From a virus (lineage: Duplodnaviria; Caudoviricetes): a DNA stretch of 48,876 nt. The translations under genes were made by a program, and so were the position numbers. Shown in pieces: positions 1 through 7,976 of this stretch; position 1 is the first letter of the stretch, and every line of letters starts with the position of its first letter. The notes under the pieces are model-generated. The model was not told the DNA's origin. It ran no database searches and was given only the letters and a program-made list of their open reading frames with translations. The stretch spans positions 1 to 48,876 of the IMG/VR virus record IMGVR_UViG_3300032212_000023, one strand, 5' to 3'.

Positions 1-90
1 ACGGATGAACGGTAGTTTTAGAGGTTGTTTATATTCTCAGCTCATGTATAGTTTAACCATCGAAGACATAAACAGAGGGTAAGACAATGA
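1..90 (+). repeat. 90-bp exact copy of 48124-48213
   Basis: Direct sequence comparison. Confidence 0.95.
25..52 (+). promoter_or_regulatory. Putative sigma70 early promoter (second copy at 48148-48175)
   Basis: TTGTTT-N16-TATAGT upstream of the GAGGG RBS and ATG at 87. Confidence 0.5.
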
Positions 91-187
91 ATGAATTATT
101 ATATGATGGTATTTATTACACTTTTGAATACAGTCAAGATACTGGTTATATTGAAGTGCGAGACAATAAGGGTATTATTGCTAGTGG
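71..187 (+). repeat. 117-bp terminal overlap with 48760-48876
   Basis: Direct sequence comparison; typical circular-assembly overlap. Confidence 0.95.
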
Positions 188-350
188 TCAGATGGATGAT
201 ACTTTTGAAACATTTATCTATGAATATGAGTCAACTACTGATCTAGACTTTGAAGCATCCGGTAGTAGTCCAGATATGTATTTCAATCATCAAGATAATG
301 GTGTGTTTATAGCAGGTTGGTTAGTGGCAACACATCCAGAGTACCAATAA
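87..350 (+). CDS. Acidic early hypothetical protein
   Basis: ORF with GAGGG RBS; 17 D/E versus 2 K/R. Confidence 0.75.
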   Translation: MNELLYDGIYYTFEYSQDTGYIEVRDNKGIIASGQMDDTFETFIYEYESTTDLDFEASGSSPDMYFNHQDNGVFIAGWLVATHPEYQ

Positions 351-435
351 TGTACGAAATAACACTTGCACTGGCGTGGTTGATCGTGCTAGGCTGTATA
401 TATCTTGTAATTAAACATTAATCTAAAGGTGACTT

Positions 436-801
436 ATGAACGAACTAACAGAGTTTGAATACAACAAAGAGATCCGTTCAATAGCTGCTGACCTGGTGTC
501 AGAGGCTATGGCTGAGCATGAGAACGACCACGAGGCAGCCGAGGAAGAAATACACGACTCTAGACTGCATGAGACCATAGATGGACATCAGTGGGTTATT
601 TATTACAGCTATAACCTTGACGTTATCAAACACTCAAACAATGCTGATTATATGGCTGATAACTTTGGTTTTGAAGGATATGACGACCTGAACACTTTAT
701 ACTGTAATGTAGCATTCTGGTGCATGTACGCCGATGTTCAGGACGAGCTAGAGAATGCATTTGATTGGTTTGAAGCAGAGAACGAGTCTGAGGAGGGTTG
801 A
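436..801 (+). CDS. Ocr-like DNA-mimic anti-restriction protein
   Basis: 121 aa, 32 D/E versus 4 K/R; LHETIDGHQWVIYY resembles the Ocr core (T7 IHMAADNAVPHYY); acidic tail; early position. Confidence 0.65.
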   Translation: MNELTEFEYNKEIRSIAADLVSEAMAEHENDHEAAEEEIHDSRLHETIDGHQWVIYYSYNLDVIKHSNNADYMADNFGFEGYDDLNTLYCNVAFWCMYADVQDELENAFDWFEAENESEEG

Positions 802-804
802 GCG

Positions 805-1068
805 ATGGGTAACTGTAAAAACTGTAAACATTGGGAAAAATACCCTGCCAGCTTCTGGGATTTTAACAGACCTATGACGGCTTGTGACTTAGAAGTTTAT
901 GATGGCGAAGCGCAGTTCGAAATTCAGGCAAGTGCAGCCGACGATACTAATCTATCAGCTTGTCTGGTAACAGGGCCAGAATTCGGTTGTGTACACTTTC
1001 ACTTAATACAGAGGATAAATACTAATGAGCACACACACAAAACAGAGAAAAGCCCAGAACCACGCTGA
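805..1068 (+). CDS. Cys-rich hypothetical protein
   Basis: CKNCKHW...C...FGCVHF; GGAGG RBS. Confidence 0.7.
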   Translation: MGNCKNCKHWEKYPASFWDFNRPMTACDLEVYDGEAQFEIQASAADDTNLSACLVTGPEFGCVHFHLIQRINTNEHTHKTEKSPEPR

Positions 1069-1186
1069 GCGTATCAGTGTTCACCGAGTAACGAAAGATA
1101 TAACGATGTTCTTTAACTCAGCTCACACAGCACCGACTGTGCGTGGGAATGAGCTTAAAGACGCTACTCAGGAGATGAAACGATGA
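1025..1186 (+). CDS. Small hypothetical protein (53 aa)
   Basis: GAGGA RBS; ATGA coupling to the ORF at 1183. Confidence 0.5.
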   Translation: MSTHTKQRKAQNHAERISVHRVTKDITMFFNSAHTAPTVRGNELKDATQEMKR

Positions 1187-1368
1187 ATAATATTGAACTA
1201 ATGATCGCTGAAGCAGGTCTAGACTTTATCACTGATGGCACTGCAATCCGTATCTGCTTTCCGCTGAGATTAGATGACGGCTATGTTTACGGTCATCAAC
1301 TGTCTGCACCTGTGTACGGCTTGATGCAGACTGCGTTACTTTTGAGGGGGTATTCTGATGTTTCATAA
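1183..1368 (+). CDS. Hypothetical protein
   Basis: AGGAG RBS; tightly packed operon. Confidence 0.65.
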   Translation: MNNIELMIAEAGLDFITDGTAIRICFPLRLDDGYVYGHQLSAPVYGLMQTALLLRGYSDVS

Positions 1369-1567
1369 ACACAAGTACGGAGAGATTAAGGGTAGATATC
1401 AGTATTGTACTGTATGCGGTAAAGCTGAACCTGTAGAATGTAACCATCAATGGAAAACAATCAGTACATTTGAGAAAGGAACTATACTTTCTTCCAACAT
1501 CTATGCTTATGTATATGTACAGCAGTGCAAGTGTTGTGGATTATTACAGCAGGTAGAGGCGAAATAA
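1358..1567 (+). CDS. Zn-ribbon hypothetical protein
   Basis: Two H...CxxCG units. Confidence 0.7.
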   Translation: MFHKHKYGEIKGRYQYCTVCGKAEPVECNHQWKTISTFEKGTILSSNIYAYVYVQQCKCCGLLQQVEAK

Positions 1568-1806
1568 TGGATATCAACACGAAAGGCAGTAAACACATCA
1601 ATTTAGACGAGCTAGAACAGCTAATTCAGGGCTTAGCCTCAGATGGGCTTCAGGAGCTTCCTGAGCAACTTTATTTCTTTAGCAGTGGTACGCCATTACT
1701 TGATATTCAATCGTGGATTCAGCGTACACGTGCAGGCGATTCGGTGGAGTACAGCGGCAGTGCTGAGCGTATCACGGGTATTGTACGGGAAAGGAGGGTG
1801 AAATGA
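1567..1806 (+). CDS. Hypothetical protein
   Basis: GAGG RBS; ATG at 1567 overlaps the upstream stop. Confidence 0.65.
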   Translation: MDINTKGSKHINLDELEQLIQGLASDGLQELPEQLYFFSSGTPLLDIQSWIQRTRAGDSVEYSGSAERITGIVRERRVK

Positions 1807-1944
1807 ATGCGATTATAGTCCCATTAGTGATGCATTTCATAGGTTTTACAGTTGTACATCTAGACGATAACTGTTATATTCCTGAGCAACAGTCTTTTTA
1901 TAGCCGTGTTTGTACTGGTATTGATAGAACAGGAGACTACAGCG

Positions 1945-2136
1945 ATGATTAAACCTGTAAAGATTGTACCACTAATTATAGCTATTATGCTAGCATCAGG
2001 TTGCATGCAGACAGACACCCTGAAAGATATCAAAGCGACAGGCTGTAAGATCAAGGAGGTGACTGTAAAAAAGGAGCTCTTACAGTTCAGCTGTCATGCT
2101 TTCAATTTTAGCCTTTATACAAAGGAGCGTGAGTAA
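1945..2136 (+). CDS. Putative lipoprotein
   Basis: AGGAG RBS; MIKPVK, hydrophobic stretch, then LASG|C lipobox. Confidence 0.65.
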   Translation: MIKPVKIVPLIIAIMLASGCMQTDTLKDIKATGCKIKEVTVKKELLQFSCHAFNFSLYTKERE

Positions 2137-2693
2137 TGAATGAGCACGGTATTGTACATAGCAAATCTCAAGGGTTGATAGATGCAGCCTATCGTTTTGC
2201 TAAAGAAGCCCACGGTACACAGGTACGCAAGTATACAGATGAGCCGTATATAACACATCCTGTAGCTGTTGCTAAGATAGTTGCCTCTGTTACTGGGGAC
2301 TGTGAGATGATATCAGCAGCGTTACTACATGATGTCATAGAAGACACTTCTGTAGGTTATAATGATATTGTTAATGCAGGGTTTGGTAAGAGAATAGCTA
2401 ACTATGTGCTTGATTTAACTGATGTTTCTGTACCTGAAGATGGCAACAGAGCGTACAGAAAAAAGCTTGATAGATTGCATTTAGCATCTGTGTCATCTAA
2501 CGCTAAGACTATAAAATTAGCTGATCTTATACACAACACAAGCTCTATTTTAGAGCATGATAGAAACTTTGCTAAAACCTATATGGCAGAGAAAAAGCTA
2601 CTTCTTGAGGTCTTAAGGGAAGGGGATATGGCACTGTATGAACAAGCATCTAAAATAGTACAAGATTATTATAAGGACGTGAACAATGGATAA
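2136..2693 (+). CDS. RelA/SpoT-type HD-domain small alarmone hydrolase (Mesh1/SAH-like)
   Basis: AHxxQxRK...EPYITHPxxVA, AALLHDVIEDT and IKLADxxHN motifs; no synthetase domain. Confidence 0.85.
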   Translation: MNEHGIVHSKSQGLIDAAYRFAKEAHGTQVRKYTDEPYITHPVAVAKIVASVTGDCEMISAALLHDVIEDTSVGYNDIVNAGFGKRIANYVLDLTDVSVPEDGNRAYRKKLDRLHLASVSSNAKTIKLADLIHNTSSILEHDRNFAKTYMAEKKLLLEVLREGDMALYEQASKIVQDYYKDVNNG

Positions 2694-2853
2694 GTTATTC
2701 CACAAACACCTGAAACTGACGAACCTAGGCTTGAAAGAGCAACAACGGTGCAAGAAACCCTGTGATATTGTATCATTCAGGGATAGAATGCACCGATTGA
2801 GATTACTTAAGCTTGAGATGTTAATTGATCTGAGAAATGGAGCGAACCGATGA
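2686..2853 (+). CDS. Small basic hypothetical protein (55 aa)
   Basis: Fills the operon gap with overlapping start and stop. Confidence 0.5.
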   Translation: MDKLFHKHLKLTNLGLKEQQRCKKPCDIVSFRDRMHRLRLLKLEMLIDLRNGANR

Positions 2854-3038
2854 GAGAAGTCATTAAAATTAACCAACATATCCGTGAATTCATTGATGAA
2901 CAGCAAGAGTACTTGCATATTTACCAGCAATTGTACTGTAAACTCTGTGAAATGGTACAGAACGGGGAACTTACAGATTCAACTGTTGTCAATGAAGTTA
3001 AGACAGCACAACGTAAACTGAAGGAGCTTAAGGGATGA
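2850..3038 (+). CDS. Hypothetical protein
   Basis: GGAG RBS; ATGA coupling. Confidence 0.65.
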   Translation: MREVIKINQHIREFIDEQQEYLHIYQQLYCKLCEMVQNGELTDSTVVNEVKTAQRKLKELKG

Positions 3039-3214
3039 AACGTCTGAGCCTACGACAAGCGGTAGACCAAAAGTGCAAAGAGTGTATATACGATCCGTAC
3101 CAGAAAGGGGCATGGAGAGAGCAAGTACAGGCGTGTACTGCCTCGGACTGCCCTTTGTATGCAGTACGACCTAAAAGCTTCTCTAAGGCCAACGATTCGA
3201 CCGTAAAGGGGTAA
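3035..3214 (+). CDS. Small Cys-rich phage protein (59 aa)
   Basis: KCKECIYDP...WREQVQACT...CPLYAVRP; ATGA coupling. Confidence 0.7.
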   Translation: MKRLSLRQAVDQKCKECIYDPYQKGAWREQVQACTASDCPLYAVRPKSFSKANDSTVKG

Positions 3215-3395
3215 TAGATGGAGTGTACAGACATGAGTAAGCTAACAAAACACTTCGCCACCATCCACATAGATGCTAAGAGGGGTGAATAGTGATGGAG
3301 TGGTTAATATCAGCAGGCTTAACTCTGTTAGGGATTTTAGCGGCGATAGGTGTTGTTGCTATCTGGATTAAATTTGAAGAGTGGAGAGAAACCAA

Positions 3396-3758
3396 ATGAC
3401 ATTAACCGAACTGTCAAACGATGAGCTGAATCGAAAGTGTGCGGAAGTGATGGGGTATGACGTTATTGAGCAAGGCCATAGCAATGATATTCTCGGCGTT
3501 TACAACGATGGCGAGTATTGCGGAATGATAGGCGATTTCACATTCAACTGGTGCGATGATAAATCTTTGTGCATGGATTTGCTGATTGAGTTGTGGAATG
3601 CCTGCTGTGTTTATATCGAAACCAGAGGCGGCATGAACTATGTTCAGGTTGATTGGGATGAAACGGGTAACGAGCCTGCATTCGTTGTTGAGCATGAAAA
3701 CAAGCTGGTTGCCATCGTCATTGCCTTTATCAAGATGAGGGAGAGTGATTGTGAGTGA
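3396..3758 (+). CDS. NinX/DUF2591-like protein
   Basis: LSNDELNRKCAEVMG N-terminus, NWCDD core, ENKLVAIVIAFIKM C-terminus; GGAG RBS before ATG at 3396. Confidence 0.6.
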   Translation: MTLTELSNDELNRKCAEVMGYDVIEQGHSNDILGVYNDGEYCGMIGDFTFNWCDDKSLCMDLLIELWNACCVYIETRGGMNYVQVDWDETGNEPAFVVEHENKLVAIVIAFIKMRESDCE

Positions 3759-4128
3759 AAAGATGAAAATAGAAAGATATATTCGGATATGGACACATTT
3801 TTGCAATGACCCCAGTGTCAAAAAACCTTGGACTGCTATGTTGCTTGAAAATAAAGATGAAAATCCAATAGAAAAACTGGCTAGTTACGGAGAGCATTCT
3901 GGCGCAACATATGGCGACACAGAACTAGAAGCAATTGCGGAATTATTTATTGATCAATACAGCGAGCAAATAGCCGACCTCCAAAAACAAAACGCAGCTT
4001 TGCAGGCTAAGTATCAAGAGCTAATAATGCAAGTTGTCAGAAAGTTTCCAGATGAAACTCGGCATGAAACGGTTTTACGTTATATCAAGAATGCTGAATC
4101 AGTTGAAAATGAACCGGAGCAGAGCTGA
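3745..4128 (+). CDS. Hypothetical protein with a coiled-coil C-terminus
   Basis: ORF in operon; start uncertain. Confidence 0.65.
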   Translation: MIVSEKMKIERYIRIWTHFCNDPSVKKPWTAMLLENKDENPIEKLASYGEHSGATYGDTELEAIAELFIDQYSEQIADLQKQNAALQAKYQELIMQVVRKFPDETRHETVLRYIKNAESVENEPEQS

Positions 4129-4322
4129 TGAGCGAACCAATAAGACAAGGTATAGACGCAACTGATTTTTGCAGACTAAGCGAATGTGATGAATTTATTG
4201 TATGGGATTTTGGCGAAGGTGACTGTTATTCATGCAAAAAAGTAGGTCAAAGTCATATTATCGATACTGTGCCTGCTGATTGCAATAAGTTGACAGAAAT
4301 ACTTGAATGGCTAGACGACTAA
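4128..4322 (+). CDS. Hypothetical Cys-containing protein
   Basis: GGAG RBS; coupled start. Confidence 0.65.
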   Translation: MSEPIRQGIDATDFCRLSECDEFIVWDFGEGDCYSCKKVGQSHIIDTVPADCNKLTEILEWLDD

Positions 4323-4342
4323 CCCGCATAGCGGAAGGAAAT

Positions 4343-4522
4343 ATGATGAGTGTACAAGAGTTTGATACTGAGCAGGAACTGGATGATGCGGCAGAACGAT
4401 TCGAAGAGCTTTGCTTTCAGCATCTTAATTTGAAAGAAGCGGTAGCGGAAGCGAAGCGTGATTTTGAATATGCTGAAAAAGAACTGCTTGATTTTGAAGA
4501 AGATTATCCAGATGTTATTTAA
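4343..4522 (+). CDS. Very acidic helical small protein
   Basis: GGAAGGA RBS before ATG at 4343; E/D-rich. Confidence 0.65.
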   Translation: MMSVQEFDTEQELDDAAERFEELCFQHLNLKEAVAEAKRDFEYAEKELLDFEEDYPDVI

Positions 4523-4557
4523 CCCCTAGCCAGATACTAGACGGGAGCGTAATAAAC

Positions 4558-4818
4558 ATGTATACCACCACAACACGACTGAACATCCAGCTCTGTATCG
4601 AGGATATTGCCCATGAAGATGAGCTGGTTTGTACTTACACTCAGTACGCTGGATATCCTGCTACAGGGAGTGAGCCTTACGAACCTGCTGAGCAGCCTTC
4701 TGTGGTACTTCAAGAGGCTACGCTTGACAGTAACGGGGTAGATATATTACCATCACTGCCAGATACTGTGGTGGATGAACTGTGTGAACAACTGAATGAC
4801 GGAGACTATAATGAGTAA
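4558..4818 (+). CDS. Acidic hypothetical protein
   Basis: GGGAG RBS. Confidence 0.7.
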   Translation: MYTTTTRLNIQLCIEDIAHEDELVCTYTQYAGYPATGSEPYEPAEQPSVVLQEATLDSNGVDILPSLPDTVVDELCEQLNDGDYNE

Positions 4819-5005
4819 GATACAAAGTGCTGTATATATATTAGTTCTGATAGGTATTATCCTCGGCCTGTTAGTGGTTAGTGCCGACAATGAAGCGCAA
4901 TTTAAAACCACACTAGATGAAGAAATACAGCGAAATAAAGCCCAAATCGAAGCAGTCAGGTTTACATGTAACCAAGTAAAATCTTATATTGACGGGAAGG
5001 ATTGA
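4811..5005 (+). CDS. Small membrane-anchored protein
   Basis: GGAG RBS before ATG at 4811; N-terminal TM helix. Confidence 0.65.
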   Translation: MSKIQSAVYILVLIGIILGLLVVSADNEAQFKTTLDEEIQRNKAQIEAVRFTCNQVKSYIDGKD

Positions 5006-6714
5006 TGTCTGAGATCATAGGCGATACCCACTGCGAGGTCTGTCGGGATAACGGTGGCGATGCCACGGGCAATCACCGTATCTTGTTTGCAGACGGTGGT
5101 AGCTGGTGCTCGCGTTGTGAAACAAATGGCCTTAGAGAGGGTTCCGAAACAAGACAAGAGGTTACACAGGTGAAAACCTTAAAAGAAAAACCAACAAATA
5201 CTGTAGTGGAATACAAGCTAGTCAACGATGAGTGGAGAATAGACCACCATGCTACAATGTCAGCGATATCTAAACTGAAACCTGAAGCATGGCCTGAACG
5301 TAAACTAACAAAACAGACAATGGAGCACTTCGATGCAAGAGTCGCGTATAACCAAGAAACGAGACAAATTACTGACGTTTGTTATCCTGTGCGTGTTAAT
5401 GGTATTATTACTGGTTGGCATGTCAGAACCTTACCTAAAGACTTCTGTAAAATCGGAAACACGAAGGGGGCTGAGTTATTTGGGCAGCACGAATGTACAT
5501 CCTTTCTTAAACTTTGGGCAACGGAAGGGGCAGAAGATTGTATGTCAAGTTGGCAAGTGCTTAAAGCAAAACGACCTGATCTTAACCCCTCAACGGTTGC
5601 CCTTTCAGGCACGAAGCAACTTGCGCGAATTAATGAACAGAAAGGATTTTTAGAGAAGTTCAAAGAGAAGTCGTTATGTCTTGATATGGGGGAGGAAGGC
5701 AGAGAGGCTACGACTGCTATCTGTCAACTCGACCCTTCATGGAAAGACTGGCATATTAGTGAGGATGATGCTTCGGATATGTTGCAAAAAGGTAAGACCG
5801 GAGAGCTGGTTAACGCGCTGTTTCAGACGAAAGATTATACTCCTGATAGTATTGTAACAGTAGAAGATGCCTTTGAAGAAGCTATTGAGCTTCCTAAATG
5901 GGGCAGGTTATGGCCTTGGTCTTCGTTGAATAAACTGACATACGGTAGACGAGGCGGAGAAGGTATCTATGTAGGGGCAGCTGTGAAGGCGGGTAAGACT
6001 GAATGGAAGAACCAGATGATAAAACACATCATTGTTGACGAAGGTTTGAAGGTATTTTCCTGTAGTTTCGAGCAGTCTGCTGGAACACAATTAAAAGCTT
6101 ATGCTGGTAAACTAAAGCACAAGCAGTTCCATAACCCAGAGCATGTTGATCAAGGGAAGTTCACACAGGAGGACTTAACCAGTGCTGTCGAGGAGCTACG
6201 AGGTAAGGTGATCATGTTCAAAGCCTCGTTCTCTGATGTTGGTGTAGGCAATATGTGGGATCGTTTGAAGCCTGCTATCCGCCATGCTGTTGTGGTTGAG
6301 GGTGTGAAGGATGTATTTATAGATCCTATTACTCAACTGACAGACGGCATGACACCCTCCGAAACAGAGACAGAACTACGACGATTCAGTAATGAGATAC
6401 AAGGTATGGCGCAAGAGCTGGACTTTTTTTATTACTGCTTTGCTCACCTGAAAGAACCACCACAGGGAAAAACACACGAGGAGGGCGGGGCTATCAAGGT
6501 AGCACAGTTCCGAGGATCAAGAGCAATGGCTGAGAAAACTAAGCTAATGTTAGGTATTATACGGAACCAATTCAGTGATGAGGTGTCAGAAAGAAACATG
6601 AGTACACAACATTTGTTACTGAACTCAGGGTTCGGTAAGTCAGGTAAGTTCGATACATGGTACGATGAAGAAACAGGTAGTTATTTAGAACCTAAACAGG
6701 AGTTCCATATATGA
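5002..6714 (+). CDS. T7 gp4-like DNA primase-helicase
   Basis: Zn finger CEVC...CSRC, TOPRIM TEGAED, P-loop GAAVKAGKT, FIDPIT, AHL, FRGSRA. Confidence 0.92.
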   Translation: MMSEIIGDTHCEVCRDNGGDATGNHRILFADGGSWCSRCETNGLREGSETRQEVTQVKTLKEKPTNTVVEYKLVNDEWRIDHHATMSAISKLKPEAWPERKLTKQTMEHFDARVAYNQETRQITDVCYPVRVNGIITGWHVRTLPKDFCKIGNTKGAELFGQHECTSFLKLWATEGAEDCMSSWQVLKAKRPDLNPSTVALSGTKQLARINEQKGFLEKFKEKSLCLDMGEEGREATTAICQLDPSWKDWHISEDDASDMLQKGKTGELVNALFQTKDYTPDSIVTVEDAFEEAIELPKWGRLWPWSSLNKLTYGRRGGEGIYVGAAVKAGKTEWKNQMIKHIIVDEGLKVFSCSFEQSAGTQLKAYAGKLKHKQFHNPEHVDQGKFTQEDLTSAVEELRGKVIMFKASFSDVGVGNMWDRLKPAIRHAVVVEGVKDVFIDPITQLTDGMTPSETETELRRFSNEIQGMAQELDFFYYCFAHLKEPPQGKTHEEGGAIKVAQFRGSRAMAEKTKLMLGIIRNQFSDEVSERNMSTQHLLLNSGFGKSGKFDTWYDEETGSYLEPKQEFHI

Positions 6715-7403
6715 GGTTTGAGGTTGATGATTTCTTTTCTGGAATTGGTGGATTTTCTTTAGGGTTGCAAAACGCTGGAATGAAGATAAAATCGTTCTGT
6801 GAGGTAGATGAATATCCAAGAAAGGTGCTAAAGAAACATTGGCCACTACTACCAATCCACCCTGACATTCGTGAACTATCTGGAAAAGATTTAACAGGTA
6901 ACATATATTGTGGAGGTTTCCCTTGTCAAGATATATCTATATCTGGCGAAGGACGGGGGTTGAAAGGCGCACGTAGTGGGCTTTGGTACGAATACAAACG
7001 ACTGATTGAAGAAGGAGAACCTGATGGGGTGTTTATCGAAAACGTGGCAAATTTACGAAGTAAAGGACTTGGACAAGTCTTGTACGATTTATGGGAGATC
7101 GGGTACAATGCAGAATGGAATATTATATCGGCAGGAGAACTGGGTTTCCCACATCTCCGAGAGAGAGTATGGATTGTTGCCTACCCCAACAGCACACAAC
7201 TCGAAAGAGGGTGCATATCCCGCAGAATACAGGAGAAAATCTCCAACCTTAGCAACACACGCAGGGGGAAAGATAAACCCGGAGTGGAGCGAACACTTGA
7301 TGGGATTTCCTCACAAATGGACAGACTTAAGGGGTTAGGTAATGCAGTTGTACCCTTGATCCCTCAGATAATAGGTGAGAGTTTTATGGGGGTAGTAACA
7401 TGA
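6711..7403 (+). CDS. C5 cytosine DNA methyltransferase, alpha (catalytic) chain
   Basis: Motif I FSGIGG, IV GFPCQD, VI ENV, VIII RER, X LGNAVVP; motif IX not evident. Confidence 0.92.
   Translation: MRFEVDDFFSGIGGFSLGLQNAGMKIKSFCEVDEYPRKVLKKHWPLLPIHPDIRELSGKDLTGNIYCGGFPCQDISISGEGRGLKGARSGLWYEYKRLIEEGEPDGVFIENVANLRSKGLGQVLYDLWEIGYNAEWNIISAGELGFPHLRERVWIVAYPNSTQLERGCISRRIQEKISNLSNTRRGKDKPGVERTLDGISSQMDRLKGLGNAVVPLIPQIIGESFMGVVT
7024..7338 (+). CDS. Putative methyltransferase beta chain in an alternative frame (motif IX)
   Basis: AAGGAG SD at 7012-7017 before ATG at 7024; LLPTPTA...INPEWSEHLMGFPHKWT. Confidence 0.75.
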   Translation: MGCLSKTWQIYEVKDLDKSCTIYGRSGTMQNGILYRQENWVSHISEREYGLLPTPTAHNSKEGAYPAEYRRKSPTLATHAGGKINPEWSEHLMGFPHKWTDLRG

Positions 7404-7553
7404 ACCACAAAGAACTTTGGAACAAGAAATACGAAGAGTTCTGTGAGTCGTACGTACCCGATGTAGCCGCTGAGATGGCTGATGAGTACGTTATTGAATA
7501 CATCGCAGACAAAGCAGATTACGATTACAACGCTAAGAAAGAGGGAATGTGGT

Positions 7554-7745
7554 ATGACGACTAAGAAGTTTAATATAACATTAGGTGAGTTAGAAGATAT
7601 TGTTGAGTTCGCAAAACTCAAGGGTGATAACGAATATTGTGTAGTAACATTGTACGTAACATCCACTGCTGTTGGCAGTGTCTTTGAAGTCTCTGAAGAA
7701 TGGGATTCTGAAAAGACGAATGTAACTAATTATGATACATGGTAA
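7554..7745 (+). CDS. Hypothetical protein
   Basis: Likely start MTTKK; start uncertain. Confidence 0.55.
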   Translation: MTTKKFNITLGELEDIVEFAKLKGDNEYCVVTLYVTSTAVGSVFEVSEEWDSEKTNVTNYDTW

Positions 7746-7757
7746 GGAGGTTCTGGG

Positions 7758-7976
7758 ATGACTGAATCTGAAGCAAAGAAGAAGTGGTGTCCACATGTAA
7801 GGACATTTGATGGTAGAGTTAGCAATCCTGTTACAGTCAATCGGGACTATGATGGTGAGGTTATGCCTCATTGTAAATGCATAGCATCGGACTGTATGAT
7901 GTGGTGTGTGGAGGCAGACGCAGATGGTCAGGAATTAGCATGGACAGGTCATTGTGGACTAGCGGGGAAGGTATGA
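7758..7976 (+). CDS. Cys-rich hypothetical phage protein
   Basis: AAGGAGG RBS; KWCP...CIASDCMMW...GHCGLAG. Confidence 0.75.
   Translation: MTESEAKKKWCPHVRTFDGRVSNPVTVNRDYDGEVMPHCKCIASDCMMWCVEADADGQELAWTGHCGLAGKV

Noticed and set aside
71-187. Biological direct terminal repeat
   Set aside because: It ends mid-gene and is best explained as circular assembly overlap; true termini cannot be determined from this sequence
5333-5653. Overprinted ORF inside the primase
   Set aside because: No convincing SD or recognisable motif, unlike the inner ORF of the methyltransferase
7877-7972. N-terminal extension of the DNA polymerase
   Set aside because: It overlaps the upstream gene; ATG at 7973 is stop-coupled and directly precedes the ExoI motif
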